A stretch of 64,000 bases of DNA from Macrostomum lignano. Its lineage: Eukaryota. This document shows, piece after piece, positions 50,001 to 63,079 of this stretch (position 1 is the stretch's first letter; the number at the start of each line of letters is the position of its first letter). Both the position numbers and the translations under genes were made by a program. Under the pieces are notes generated by a model. That model was given only the letters and a program-made list of their open reading frames with translations. It was not told the origin of the DNA and searched no databases. The stretch covers positions 1-64,000 of the forward strand of contig NIVC01003354.1 of the NCBI GenBank assembly GCA_002269645.1, in the 5' to 3' direction.

Positions 50001-53000
50001 GAGTAGCACAGACAAAAAGAGATCTAGTTAGACTGTGTGGACGCATTAGCAGAACAACTGAGAGGGGCAAGTCATGGCAGACTAGGAGCTGAGCCTAATG
50101 GCCTGCAAGTCAATTAGAAATGTATCATTTAGTGTTACACTTTGGCTTTGGCCATAGCACAAGCGCTCAGTAGGCTGATGCAGGAGAGCCAGCACCAGAG
50201 GATTTTACTTGCCGCAGCTGTGGCTTCTTAGGCAGTGGCCAAGTAATATCTAACAGTGTTTATGGATAGTGCAGCTAAGCAAAGGAATACCAGCACGAGT
50301 CATTAGGTCCTTAGTTGGCTTAATATCAAGGTAGTGCATGCTTTGTCTGTTGATGGTTGCCGAGTAAAGAATAAATGCGGAATTCCAAATGGCAACTCTG
50401 ACATTATGTCCAGTTTCATTCATCTAGGCCAATGACCTTATCCCAGTAAAAGGCTATCTATGGCAGAGCTACTCTAGATAAATATATGCATTGCCAATAG
50501 ATAAACTTGGAGGCCTAGTAACTGGTATTATAATAAAATCAATGGGAAAAGATTACTATTAGGCCTAATTACATTATATTTTTGGTGAGGGCCTAGCCTA
50601 ATTTAATTTAAGCCTTTTAATCACTAGGCCCTTGCTTAAAATATATAATTATAATTGAGACAAGCCTAGCCCTAGACCAATCTTAAAGTTGTCAAAGCTT
50701 TACAAAATTGACAAAATAAAAACTTTATATTTTGTATAAAAATGTACATTGTCATTAGGCCTAGAGTCCTAGACATTATTGTAGGCTATAATGTGTAGGC
50801 CTATCAATAATATTATTATGTTTCAATTTTAATCTAGCATTTGAAATTTTGCAGCACTGATAACTAAGCAACATTATTGGCTTAAATGTTAAGCAATGCT
50901 TGTTTTGTTAAGTGTCAGTCATAGGTCAGGAACACAATGGCATATCAGGCTTTTAAGGCCATTTATATTATCGAAATATCACATATTTAATACTATAGTG
51001 TGGATCACATCAAATCTTATCAAAACCAAGCCTTAGGGGGGCTAGTGACAGGGTCATCTATATTTATAGTCGATAACCTTTTTAGTACAGTGGATAGAGG
51101 CTTTTTAGTGGATTAGTGTACTAATAATACTAGTGCTAGTGGTCGTGGATCGTAGTGGATTTTTAGTTTGAAGCTTCGCTGCGCATTATAAATTCTTTCA
51201 TAGAAAACGGAATTCTAACCCGTATTCTATAACACGGTAACATGTTACAGCTCGATAGACATCGGGAGTTTTTCATGTTATATTGCCGATGTTTATGGAA
51301 AACATAGGTGATTACCGATACCCGTTTACCCTGGTGAAAACACGACGCGAGCTACATGTACGTGTGTATACAATCTTTCGGCACTGTCATTCGTACTGAA
51401 AAAAAGGGGTTAGAGCTTTAGTATGTACGAGTATATAGGATTTGCTGGTGTAGCGCTCGACTGTCAGTAGTGGCTGTAGGTAAAACGTCGTCAGCATATG
51501 ATCAACTGGATTCATGGCACCCTGCAATGTCAGTCAGTAGAATTAATGAGGAATGTTTAATTGGATCTCTCTAAACTAAATTGCCTCCAACAATTTGAAA
51601 ATAAGCACTGATCGTCAGCTAGTGTGGCTCAATGGCAGAATCAGGGGCTAAATTCTCTGTTGAGCTGTTTTCTCCGTTGATCGATGGATATATTAAACGC
51701 GAATGTGGCCAAGTTTTATTGAACGATAAGTGCGTACCAAATACAACAACTTTTAGCCCACAAAGAATTGCAGTTCTGAAATTTTACGTCGTATATAGAG
51801 AGGCTTATGGTTCTTTCGGTAAAAATTGTACATATGCATGTAATTAAGCCACCTAATGTCCTTGAACCATGAATGCATTCTGTTCAGCACGCACATGTAC
51901 ATGTCAGCATGACTATACGGCTATTACTTAATAGTTGTTCACGTGTCAACGCGCATGGCCAGGCCGGGCATCAAGAAAAAGTGCCTCATTGAACACTTGG
52001 GTATCGTGAAGCTTTTCATTATTAACCAGTTTAATCCCGTACTGACCGTAGGACCTACTCGTAATGTTACTCCTTGCTTTGACTAGCTAGTGATTATTTG
52101 CTGAACCGTACATGTATTATTCTACAAAAAGGATGGAACCATGCAGGAAACTAAGTTAGCTGAAGACCTGCAAAATTAACAATAATGGTTTGACCGTCCT
52201 AAATTTCATTCAATCTCAGCTGAGGATTAAATCTTCGGCTAGGGGAAATTCGAAAATCTAAAGTGAATGAGATTTTCAAGCTTTTTGAGCAAGGTTACTG
52301 TGTAGAAATCAGACAGGCCTTTTTGGGTGCTATTGACTTGGGAATTAGGGTAGAATAGTAATAAGGAGCGGGGCAATTTTTCCCATTATTCCTAGATCAA
52401 GCTGCTCACGAGAGATTAGGAAAATAATGTATTTCATATTTCAAATGCGGCTTAGGGCATGCCGATTATGTCTGGGCAAGCCAAACACAAGAGAAAATGA
52501 ATTTCTACCACATGCAAAAGCAGAGGGCCGAAGCTTATAGCGCTGTTTCGTGACTCAAGTGCGCCGTTTGCTGATGACATCGATAGCCATAGCTTTTATC
52601 CAGATTGAATTTGCAGGGAATTTGCCGGTGAAGGCCGGATCCGATTGCCATTTCTTATTAGTGTAGTTTGGAGAGAAGTGTTGAGTTGCTATAAAATGGC
52701 AATGGCAAATCGGGTATTAGATGTCACGACCTAAAAGCAGGCATTCTTACACTTACATAGCTACTCATGTCTAATTGATGCCTTAGTTCTAATTGATTAG
52801 AAACTGAGACCTGCTCAATTAGTCTGATGCTTCCATGCAATGCAATTAGGCCGTACACCGTACATCCAGCTCGCATGGCTTATAGCAATTTCAACATTGA
52901 GTTTGTCGAAACTCGTGTTGCATTTCATTTTTGCATCGCGTCTATATTGCAAAACATATACTACACTTCAACCGAAAAATAACACCGCTAAAAGGCATTC

Positions 53001-54019
53001 CTTGTTTCGTCTATCATTTTTGCTTCAAACGGGAAAGGTCAATGAGTACGGGCCGACTTTAATTTCAAGGGCATGTCTGCTCTAAAAGCAAAATCACTCA
53101 CAACAAAAGCAGAATGACGTGTGCTACGACAAAACCCTGTTTAGCATTGTACAAAAAAGCAAATCCTTACACAAAATTCGTTTTGAAAACACAACTGTAT
53201 AATTGAAAGTTGGAGTTCTTCAATAATATACCATTGCAATCTCGATTCTGGCAAAAGTGACTTCAATCGTGGCAAACTCATACATAAAATATAAACCATC
53301 CGGCAAATATGCCTGTGTCACCTGTGAGGCACTATTGTGAGTCAGCGCGGGGTCCATAGCTCAGCAGGAGTTCGTACTATTACCGGTTCTCTTTATGTCG
53401 AGGTCTTTTGTCACTAAAACTAAAGTCACTTTTGACAAAGTTGAATGCATCACGGTTGAACTGATTCTGCTGCACGATTGGCCACAAGGTTAATGTTTTG
53501 TGTATGGGCGAGGCACAATTGATGTCACTTTTATTGAAATGGTATACTTTCGCAAAATTTGATCTCCAGAAACTTGATAATCAACCTTGCACGAAACGCA
53601 TGCCAGGGCATTTTGCAGCAAAAATCGGGGAAGGCCTCCAGCGAAATTTTTACGATTTGCGAATGCAACGTCCTGCTTTTAGTTGTCCTTGAGCAGAATC
53701 CGGACAGCTCCGCGTAGTCAGCCAGCAGGCAGTCAACGAAATGCCTCGAGTGCACACCCGAGTGCTGTCTGGTAGGGAGGCCTGCTGCCTGAGCAAGCAG
53801 CTCGATCTTGAGCAGTATGACTCGGCGCGGATTATGCATTTTTCAAAGCTGTTTGGGGCCCGTAGACGACAAAGTATATTGAAGGTAAATGACTAGAACA
53901 CATTGAAAATCATTTTAGTGGAACTTGTACGTTCCCTAGAAAGGCTCAATTCAGGGGTTGGCAAAGTTTTTTTACATCAAGGGCCAAATAGAGAACCTAG
54001 CGCATGACTGCGGGCCAGA

Positions 54020-54525
54020 GGAAGTGAGGAGGAGAAGGAATAGAGAAGAGAAATAAGAGAAAGGAGAGAGCGGAGAAGGAGAAGGGAGGAGAGGAGAAGA
54101 GAGGAGAGGAGAGGAGAGGAGAAGAGAGGAGAGGAGAGGAGAAGAGAAGAGAGGAGAGGAGAGGAGAGGAGAGGAGAGGAGAGGAGAGGAGAGGAGAGGA
54201 GAGGAGAATAGAGGAGAGGAGAGGAGAGGAGAATAGAGGAGAGGAGAGGAGAGGAGAGGAGAGGAGAGGAGAGGAGAGGAGAGGAGAGGAGAGGAGAGGA
54301 GAGGAGAGGAGAGGAAAGAAGATGAGAGGCGAGTAGAGGAGAGGAGAGGAGAGGAGAGGAAGAGGAGAGGAGAGGAGAGGAGTGGAGAGGAGAGGAGATG
54401 AGAGAGGAGAGGAGAGGAGAGGAGAGGAGAGGAGAGGAGAGGAGAGGAGAGGAGAGGAGAGGAGAGGAGAGGAGTGGAGAGGAGGTGATAAGAGAGAGCT
54501 GAAAGAAAGAGAGATGAGAAGAGAC
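54020..54525. repeat. (GGAGA)n pentanucleotide microsatellite
   Basis: About 90 units, purine-only on the plus strand apart from a few T. Confidence 0.95.
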
Positions 54526-54542
54526 AAACCTTAATTACAATT

Positions 54543-55200
54543 GTCGCCGGGCGGGAAAGCGCTGGGTCCGGACGAGGTGCCCATCGAGGTATTGCGCATC
54601 CGCTGTGTGGCCAGTGAGGTCGCCAGAGAGTAGTGAACCGGCTGCGTGCTCATCGGCGAGGAGGCGCCCAACGAATGCACCACGGAATACATCGCAGCTA
54701 ATTCCTCAGAAGCCGCGCACCATAACCTTGAGGAGTATCAGGGCATCTGTCTTCGGTCGTGGAGTAGTGGCGCAAATTCTGGCTTTTCGCTGAGGCATTG
54801 AAGAGGCGCGGATGCTCTAGCAGCTCCTGATTGTTATCTTGGGAATTCGCAGGCATACAGATTTACAGATTCGTAGATTATGTATTCGTCGGTGGATAAA
54901 AATGTAGGCTCACGCTCCCAATGGTGGTACCAAATCAGCTGGTTTCCGCCATCATGGCGATGTACTGTGACATGAAACTGCGTGTCAACACCGGACGGCC
55001 CATCGAGACCGTTCTGCTTGACAGTAAACTCGCTCGAATAGCCAAATCAAGCTGGTCTACAACTCGTCGACTTCAAGATCGGCGACAAACGAATTCCAAC
55101 ATGGCACTGTATCAGCGTCCAAGTGACCTGTTGTGCCATCGGCGACTCCAACTGGTTTTAGGCTTCTGTCAATGGTCTTTACTTCTGTCAACTAACTAAT
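54543..55200 (+). mobile_element. Degenerate RTE-like reverse-transcriptase remnant
   Basis: GKALGPDEVPIEVLR, EEYQGI, VPNQLVSAIMAMYCDMKLRVNT and HRRLQL fragments with stops and deletions. Confidence 0.65.
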
Positions 55201-55639
55201 CCTTGCCACTATCCCCAGCTCCATCAACAGTATTCAGGGCCTCGCGACTATGGCAATTTAATAATTATTTAAACACAAGAACTGACACAGCATTTTTTTT
55301 TGATTTAAGTTACTGATCTCTGGTTCAATTTTCTCAATTTACTTCAATTTATTATTTAGTTCAAGTGCATCGATAGCAGAATCAAAGCAAGTAAGTGGTT
55401 AGCTTTTACATTCAGGACTGATTAGCAGTTTACAACAGATGTATTCATGCAACAGCAGACACTAGGATTGAAGTAAAAGGCGAGAAGATGCTTAGATGAA
55501 GGTGCGATCAATATAGAGTTTTCTGTTGTGTTGAGATTATAGGAATAACTAGTGGATTTGAGGAAGCGGAATAACTTTTCAACATGCATATGTCTTTCAC
55601 GTTTCAGTTTCTGGCTTTCAGAATTCAGTAACCATGATG

Positions 55640-55957
55640 TTAGTGGTGATGGTCGTCATGATGGTGGTGATCGTCGTCATGATGGTGGTGATGGTCGTCA
55701 TGATGGTGGTGATGGTCGTCATGATGGTGATGATGGTCGTCATGGCGGTGATGGCCGTCATGGTGGTGCAGGTGATGGTCGTCATGGTGATGGCTGTCAT
55801 GGTCGTGATGATGGTCGTCGTGGTGGCGATGGTCCTGGCTTTGGCCGTTATTGGCTAGGTCGAAGAGCATCTTGCCAGTACTGATGGCGTCGGCTTTGGT
55901 TAGCAGGGCAGCGGCGCTCATCAGGACGACTGCCAGAAGTGCGAAATACGAGCCCAT
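55640..55957 (-). CDS. Orphan secreted His/Asp-rich peptide (105 aa)
   Basis: True ATG in agcaATGG context. Hydrophobic signal-like MGSYFALLAVVLMSAAALLTKADA, a short linker, then 64 residues with 40 His and 19 Asp using mixed CAT/CAC codons, TAA stop, and AATAAA about 290 bp downstream (55348-55353, minus strand). Confidence 0.7.
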   Translation of the reverse strand: MGSYFALLAVVLMSAAALLTKADAISTGKMLFDLANNGQSQDHRHHDDHHHDHDSHHHDDHHLHHHDGHHRHDDHHHHHDDHHHHHDDHHHHHDDDHHHHDDHHH

Positions 55958-57898
55958 TGCTTGCGGGTGGTGCCAGTGATACCGTGGTACCCTCGTATCT
56001 ATCAGATTCGGAAATTAGCTCAAATGCTGCTGCAGCTCTCACTTAAACTGCTGCGCTCGAGACTCAGCCCATCGAACCGGTCTGCACAGTCAGTTTTGTC
56101 TGTGTAAACAACCCTGGTGTTAATGCTGCAATACGTCCATGGCAGCATTGGGAACGAAACTGTCTTCTTAAACAGATATTTATTTTATTGTCAATGCATT
56201 TCAGCGCAGAATTTAATAGAGGTTTTGCTGTAGGCTGACTGTAGTTAAATGTACTTTTTTAGATCAAAAGACTTTAAGAAGCAGCACACAGAACTGATGT
56301 CCCCGATTGCTTAGTTGTATACGTGGGCATGCAAAACAATTGGACAACAACAACACATGATTTTGTTCATGAATTCGTACGCACCGCGCCCGTCAGACAG
56401 TGGCTATTTATGAACAGCTGTGTGTTTTTTGTAGACGTCTTACATATGATATGTCGCACTTTGACAGTAAAAGCTATAGTGCAGTACATGTAAATGGGCG
56501 GATATACTCGTAAGTGGGCCGGATTGCCATTGTGAAGTTTCAAAGGACCCGAGGGCCGGATAGAGAGGCTTCGCGGGTCGCGTGTGGCCCACAGGCCGGA
56601 GTTTGCGGACCCTTGGCTAAATTGATGGCTTTAATTTTTACAGTGAATAATACAAACATATTTTTTGGCTAGGACTACGCGTGAGTGGTGACCTTAGCTT
56701 TACTCGTAGCTTCTGTGACCATCTAATGTCAAGGAAATCAGCCCTAGGCAGCTGCTATTCGTCGATTATTTACTTTGCATCGAAACTAGCGACTCACCCG
56801 TTCCATGCGCTACATGTAATACCAACGGGATTGAATAGACAAATGTACTATTACGCCATCGACTTCCAGACTCTCAGCCTGTCCCGGATCTCGCGGTACT
56901 CCGCTAACTAATAAATAAAAAGCGAGCTGACGGCCACGCATTGCCGCGTTGGTCATGCTGTTTTGAGCCCATTAGGCACTCGCCATAGTGGAGTAGTGGA
57001 GTATCTCACACACCACAGCCTCTCTGGCCGCGAAGCCAGCCGTCCCTGGGGGACTGCGATTATCAAATTCCGCTCGTTTTCTTGCTGCTCCGTTGCTGCC
57101 GCTCCCGTCTGTAGCTACTGGCTGGTACATGCGATTATTCGCTTAGAGAATCAAGCGGAGATCGAGTAGCTGCATCAATGCCGGCAGGTGATCCCCTTGG
57201 GGATTTTTGTCGAATCGACGCTGTAATTTCTAGGGGAAAACGAACCTTGTTTAAGCGTGTGCTGAGTAACAAAGTAAGCCTGCCGAACTACATTTTGTTT
57301 TTTGTTGCAATTCTAAGATGTCAACAACCCAAGTCGAGAGATGGCAAATCAAGACAGAGGAAATTCAAAACACAGGACAACAAATTCAAACTGATATTTT
57401 GTTTTATTTTTCTACAGATCATTTTAATTCATCCCAGAATATTCAGACACATAAACATAAATGATACTCATCATGAAATTCCCACCGAGAAAAGGACGGA
57501 GAAATATTCGCGAGTTGCAGAAAACGTACAGATACAAATATCGCAACCCTAAAATAGTATACATAAACAAAATTAAATGAAACAATGCTTTACCGTTTTA
57601 GCAGACTCTGAAATTTTAGTTTTCATCACTTAAGATTGGCAAGATAATTTTCTGCACACACAACGGCTGTCACTAAAAGGGTCTTTTCTTGTCACCGAAA
57701 CAACTGCAAGCAATCCCTTCGCAGACAGCGGAGAGGTAAGCAACTTTGATACGTACGCAGGCAAACGCTCATGCAGGGTGCACATCGGCCCTGAAGTTCT
57801 TCATCGCTATGGGATGTACATGTACATACACACTAATCTTAAAGGATTGACTCTTGTGGGCAAAAATTTAACGGCTACGGCTCCCCCGCAGCAGTCCC

Positions 57899-58546
57899 GG
57901 CATGCATGGAGATGGCACCGCGGCTTCTGATCCTGTCCCCATCATGCATGGAGATGGCACCGCGGCTTCTGATCCTGTCCCCATCATGCATGGAGATGGC
58001 ACCACAGCTTCTGATCCTGTCCCCATCATGCATGGAGATGGCACCGCGGCTTCTGATCCTGTCCCCATCATGCATGGAGATGGCACCGCGGCTTCTGATC
58101 CTGTCCCCATCATGCATGGAGATGGCACCGCGGCTTCTGATCCTGTCCCCATCATGCATGGAGATGGCACCACAGCTTCTGATCCTGTCCCCATCATGCA
58201 TGGAGATGGCACCACAGCTTCTGATCCTGTCCCCATCATGCATGGAGATGGCACCGCGGCTTCTGATCCTGTCCCCATCATGCATGGAGATGGCACCGCG
58301 GCTTCTGATCCTGTCCCCATCATGCATGGAGATGGCACCGCGGCTTCTGATCCTGTCCCCATCATGCATGGAGATGGCACCGCGGCTTCTGATCCTGTCC
58401 CCATCATGCATGGAGATGGCACCGCGGCTTCTGATCCTGTCCCCATCATGCATGGAGATGGCACCGCGGCTTCTGATCCTGTCCCCATCATGCATGGAGA
58501 TGGCACCGCAGCTTCTGATCCTGTCCCCATCATGCATGGAGATGGC
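57899..58546. repeat. Minisatellite, 42-bp unit catgcatggagatggcaccgcggcttctgatcctgtccccat
   Basis: About 15.5 near-identical copies. Confidence 0.95.
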
Positions 58547-60399
58547 ATTATCCTAACCCTGGATTTCTAAATTCTTTCGGACCTGCTTTGCTAGTATAAA
58601 AGAAACTTTAAAACGGTAGAAACTTTAAAGTAAAATAAAAGTGCAAAGAAGAGAACTGTATTGCAGAAGCAATTTATTTAATATCGTTGATTAATTATTA
58701 TTTAAATCCCTTTGTTTAGGTGGGTGAATATTAACAGTGGGCTACCCGAAGCTTAAAAAATACCTGCGCGATTCGCAGCGGCTGTTTGGGGCTTCCCGAA
58801 TTTTTATCGTTAGAACACACAAGAAAGAATGTTAGGAAAATGAACGCATATTATTGAGATAGCGTGTGCGGCAGGACAAAAAGCACAAAGCGGAACACAG
58901 AGGGCCATAGTTAATGCCTTTATAGAAAGGGCTACCGCCCGCTAATTCGCAAGTTAATCCCTATTTTTCAATATTGATTACAAAGCATAAATTTTGCGTA
59001 GAAGGGAAAAATACAGAGAAAAAGAACAATGCTTACGAATGTATTGAATTCTTTGCTTCATTTTCTGAGAGTAGGCTAGAGCTACTGCCAACGGGCCAGA
59101 TCACCATACTGCTCTATTATACTGGACCTCGCGTTCAATATGACAGTTCCTTGATACAGTACGAGTGGCTCACAGATGACAGAAATGGGGGGATAGAAAA
59201 TAAACACGATGGGAGGAAACTTCAGATTCAAGAATCTCGCGAAAGTTTGCACAATTATTTTGTTTACGAGTGTATGAACAAAGATGAATAGAATGGATAC
59301 TATATAATTTCTTAATAAATTACTTCTTTTTAAAAATTTACCTCTTGACTATCAAGCAATGACTGTTCTTCAAGCTTAAAAGGAATTCAAACGTCCATCT
59401 GGTGTAGATTAGCAATCCGTTCTATTCCTTCTTCCAGATGAGGCACTGGATTTTTTCTTAGAAATTGTCAGCAATCCTTCAGAGCGCCTTCAGCGACGCT
59501 CGCTAAAGGACATACCGTGTGCGACAAGCAGCCTGCTGCTGCTCACGCATGCATAGCAGGGGCAAAGCAGAACCACTTCAGAAGCAATAGAAAGATAATT
59601 TCTGCCTTTTTGTAGTATCAAGTGCAAAAGAGCTGCAATTTTGATTTACATTCATTCACTTTGTGGATGCCGCATTTTAGTATTTTAGTAATACGCACTT
59701 ACCGTATAAATATTGAGAGAACTATGACTGTCAGTTAAGAGCTGGATATAAGTAAAATATTGATTATAGAAGCCGATAAGAACAGTGAGATGGAGGATGA
59801 TGGGACGCTGTGATTTACAACAGCAGTCGCATAACCTGCTGGTCGAATAAAAGCAACTGCTTACTGTAGGTAGGCCATGCACTTTAAATCAAATAGAGCG
59901 AAAAGCAAACGGATTTGACTTCGTGCTCGCTTTTTTTAGTGAAACTGTTTACTAAAGCCGTCTTCAGTCAATTCGGAATTTCCTTCCAGAAAGTTTCAGC
60001 CATTTCCAATCAATCACCCTGATTGCAATGTAAATTCTCGGGAGGTGAGGAGGGTGAACTCTCTAGGACGTTTACCCTGAGCATGAGAATTGATCTTGAA
60101 AATCACTCAGTCGTCCTTTACAAGTAAACACAAACAGATCCAATCCCACGTCTGTCGCTATTGGTTGAGAGCCAGTCACGTGACAACTGCTTCGTTCAAT
60201 AGCGACGCACATGACCTTGGAAACCACACAGTCGTCCTCACAATAATATACGCGTGCCTGTCGCCATTGGTTGAGAGCAGTCACGTGACTACTGTTTCGT
60301 CCAAAAGCCCGCGCGTGTCTTATCAATAGGTGCGGTTAATTCTGAATGGAATATTTCAAGAATTGTGTAATGGGCACGGAATTTTCTAAACGGAATGAT

Positions 60400-60672
60400 A
60401 TAATTAATAAGTGCAACCGACAGCTCAGCCGCAGCCATTGCGCGGCGCATCTGAAGGCTGCGTACGGCTGTTCAGTCCAAGGACTGGGGGGTCGCCACAC
60501 ACCCTCAATTACCCCAGCTAATGCTGGCACCCATTTTACAGCTGGGTAAACTGAAGCAATGCAGAGTTAAGTGTCTTGCTCAAGGACACAAATTGCTCCA
60601 GTGGGATTCGGGAATCGAACCCATGACCTTCAAGTCGTGAGTCCGACGCTCTGACCACTGGGCTACAACCCC
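60400..60672 (-). mobile_element. tRNA-derived CORE-SINE, well-preserved copy
   Basis: Minus strand has A-box TAGCCCAGTGG and B-box GGTTCGATTCC, then tgtgtccttgagcaagacacttaactctgcattgcttcagtttacccagctgtaaaatggg, which matches the MIR CORE domain pattern. Confidence 0.85.
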
Positions 60673-61055
60673 CCTCAAAACGGAATACAGGGACGACCCG
60701 CAACCGTTCCCATCCTTTCTTGCGTACTATCGAATATAGCTATAACTGCGAAGACAAATCCAATTTACTAATCCAGAGTGATAAGAACTTTGAAAAACCT
60801 TCAGAGAAAGATTTAAAATAAAAGGAAGAAATGGAGACAAAGAGGACACAAAAAGTACACAGACTGGGTGGAGACGGCAATTGCAATTCAAACAGGCTTC
60901 AGTCGATATCCAGTCAGCTATCCAGAACAGTAAAAATAAATATTTCAGTTAGGATACGTCGCAGGGAAAAGCAGCTTATCAGAGCTGGAGCCCGGCTGAA
61001 GCTGGGGATGCTGGGGCTCGAAGTTCGTGGAGACAAGGGGCTGGCGGCTGGCTGA

Positions 61056-61244
61056 TCACTCGGCGGGCTCGTCCGCCAGCAGCATGGAGTAGAGCTGCTT
61101 GTCCGCCATGCAGCCCTTCATGAACTCCTCGCGGCACAACACGCCGTCGCCGTTGTCGTCCATCTTGTCGAAGATCTCCTCGGTACGAGCCTCCGGGCTC
61201 ATGTCTACGTTGGACTCGTCTGCGCCCAGCATGCTGTAGATTGC
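61056..61244 (-). CDS. Neuronal calcium sensor (NCS-2/neurocalcin-like), last exon
   Basis: Acceptor ctctgcag| then AIYSMLGADE...RTEEIFDKMDDNGDGVLCREEFMKGCMADKQLYSMLLADEPAE* (EF-hand 4). Confidence 0.9.
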   Translation of the reverse strand, partial: AIYSMLGADESNVDMSPEARTEEIFDKMDDNGDGVLCREEFMKGCMADKQLYSMLLADEPAE

Positions 61245-61319
61245 CTGCAGAGATTGCCGGTTCGGGTTCGGGGTTGTAGGCAGGATTCGAGTCCCCAGTA
61301 CTCAACTGCATGGGACAGT

Positions 61320-61980
61320 AAGATGCTGGGCACTGGGATTGCTAGAATGCTGGGCACTGGGATTCTGAGCACTGGGATTCTGAGCACTGGGATGCTGAGC
61401 ACTGGGATTGCTAGAATGCTGGGCACTGGGATGCTGAGCACTGGGATACTAGGATGCTGAGCACTGGGATTGCTAGAATGCTGGGCACTGGGATTGCTAC
61501 AATGCTGGGCACTGGGATTGCTACAATGCTGGGCACTGGGATTGCTACAATGCTGGGCACTGGGATTGCTAGAATGCTGGGCACTGGGATGCTGAGCACT
61601 GGGATGCTGAGCACTGGGATGCTGAGCACTGGGATGCTGAGCACTGGGATGCTGAGCACTGGGATGCTGAGCACTGGGATGCTGAGCACTGGGATGCTGA
61701 GCACTGAGATGCTGAGCACTGGGATGCTGAGCACTGAGATGCTGAGCACTGGGATGCTGAGCACTGGGATGCTGAGCACTGGGATGCTGAGCACTAGGAT
61801 GCTGAGCACTGGGATGCTGAGCACTGGGATGCTGAGCACTGGGATGCTGAGCACTGGGATGCTGAGCACTGGGATGCTGAGCACTGGGATGTTGAACACT
61901 GGGATGTTGGGATACTGAGCGCTGGGATGAGATGGCAATGGGATGGCAATGGGATGGCAATGGGATGGCAATGGGATGGC
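61320..61980. repeat. Intronic minisatellites: 15-bp gggatgctgagcact, then 11-bp gatggcaatgg
   Basis: Tandem arrays inside the NCS intron. Confidence 0.92.
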
Positions 61981-62779
61981 TGGAGCACATGGTTGCTGTT
62001 CAAGCTTTTCAGTATGTCAGTGCTTCATACATACGACACCTTTTGCTCTCTCAATCCCTCATTCTTGCATGCCTCTACTAGCTAGCGTGCTCAAAGACTC
62101 TGGCGTGCTCAAATTTAATTGCATCCCAACTTGTGCAGAGCTGAGCCGATTTCGCTGCACCGTCGAGAGAGAGAGAGAGAGAGAAAGAGAAGGCGAAGAG
62201 GCGGCTAATCCCCCACGCTGCGAGTACTCAGACCCGTTGCCAGGACCGCTTGAGCTCGGTACGAATTTTGGATTGGAAAGAAAAGGAAGCCGATGAAGCT
62301 GATTGAAACTGAAGGATTCTGGGGCTGTCTGACGAATCGATTCTGCTTGCATGCATTCCTTGCTCATCCCCGCTTGTACCTTCTGGCTCTGGGCTTCGAA
62401 AGATGCCCGCCTGCAGTCAGCCTGTCAGCCAGTCCCGCATAAGCTCTGACAGCCGGCGCGTACCTAAGAGGCCGGATTATTTTCGGGGATTAAACTCCCA
62501 ACACCTGCTCAAGCCCGCCTGCCAGGCAGCTGGCATGCCTCACTGATTGCGCCCCGTTAGCTCCCGAATTATCCCAGCAGTCTGTTTCTCTGAGTCTTTT
62601 ATGGCTTGTGTTGGCCCGCGATGCAGAAACACGCGCCGACTGCTTTGTGGTCTGTTGGTGAGCGTTTCTATGGAATCTGTACAAACTGTGCGGCAGTGAG
62701 CGGCCTGGCCTGCATCCGAGTGACAGCTTCATTGCTTATTTTGTCTTGCGGGAGTCTTGATAGGCGCTTGTGGTAGGGT

Positions 62780-63060
62780 CTTTTCAGCGCCATGTGCTAC
62801 ACTCCTTGTGGCGCCATGCTATTCTTCTTTGTGGCGCCATGCTATTCTCCTTGTGGCGCCATGCTATTCTCCTTGTGGCGCCATGCTATTCTTCTTATGG
62901 CGCTATGCTATTCTTTTTGTGGTTTCATGCTATTCTCCTTGTGGCGCCATGCTATTCTCTTTGTGGCGCCATGCTATTCTTCTTTGTGGCGCCATGTTAT
63001 TCTCCTTGTGGCGCCATGCTATTTTTCTTGTGGCGCCATGCTATTCTCCTTGTGGCGCTG
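62780..63060. repeat. Intronic minisatellite, 22-bp gtggcgccatgctattctcctt
   Basis: About 13 copies, ending about 20 bp from the splice donor. Confidence 0.9.
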
Positions 63061-63079
63061 TGTGCTAAAAAAGCCTCAC

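Larger units (their letters stand above)
53952..56615. mobile_element. Non-autonomous hAT (Charlie/MER58-style ends) element with cargo
   Basis: Left end CAGGGGTTGGCAAA...AAGGGCCA...GCGGGCCAG. Right end GGGCCGGA...TGGCCCACAGGCCGGAGTTTGCGGACCCTTG (TIR 11/14). 8-bp TSD GCTCAATT (53944-53951) / GCTAAATT (56616-56623). Confidence 0.8.

Noticed and set aside
53531-53839. GC-richer 102-aa minus-strand ORF
   Set aside because: No recognisable motif, no splice partners found, and nothing beyond ORF length supports it.
55552-55884. Gly/Asp/Arg-rich plus-strand ORF and Met/Val- or Thr-rich alternative frames
   Set aside because: These are shadow frames of the His-rich ORF. The Gly-rich frame lacks a true ATG start, and none of them has the signal-peptide-like N-terminus of the minus-strand His-rich frame.
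57868-58570. 42-bp in-frame repeat (MHGDGTAASDPVPI)n as a possible repeat protein
   Set aside because: It is open in at least four frames on both strands, copies are near-identical with no synonymous pattern, and there are no credible flanking exons.
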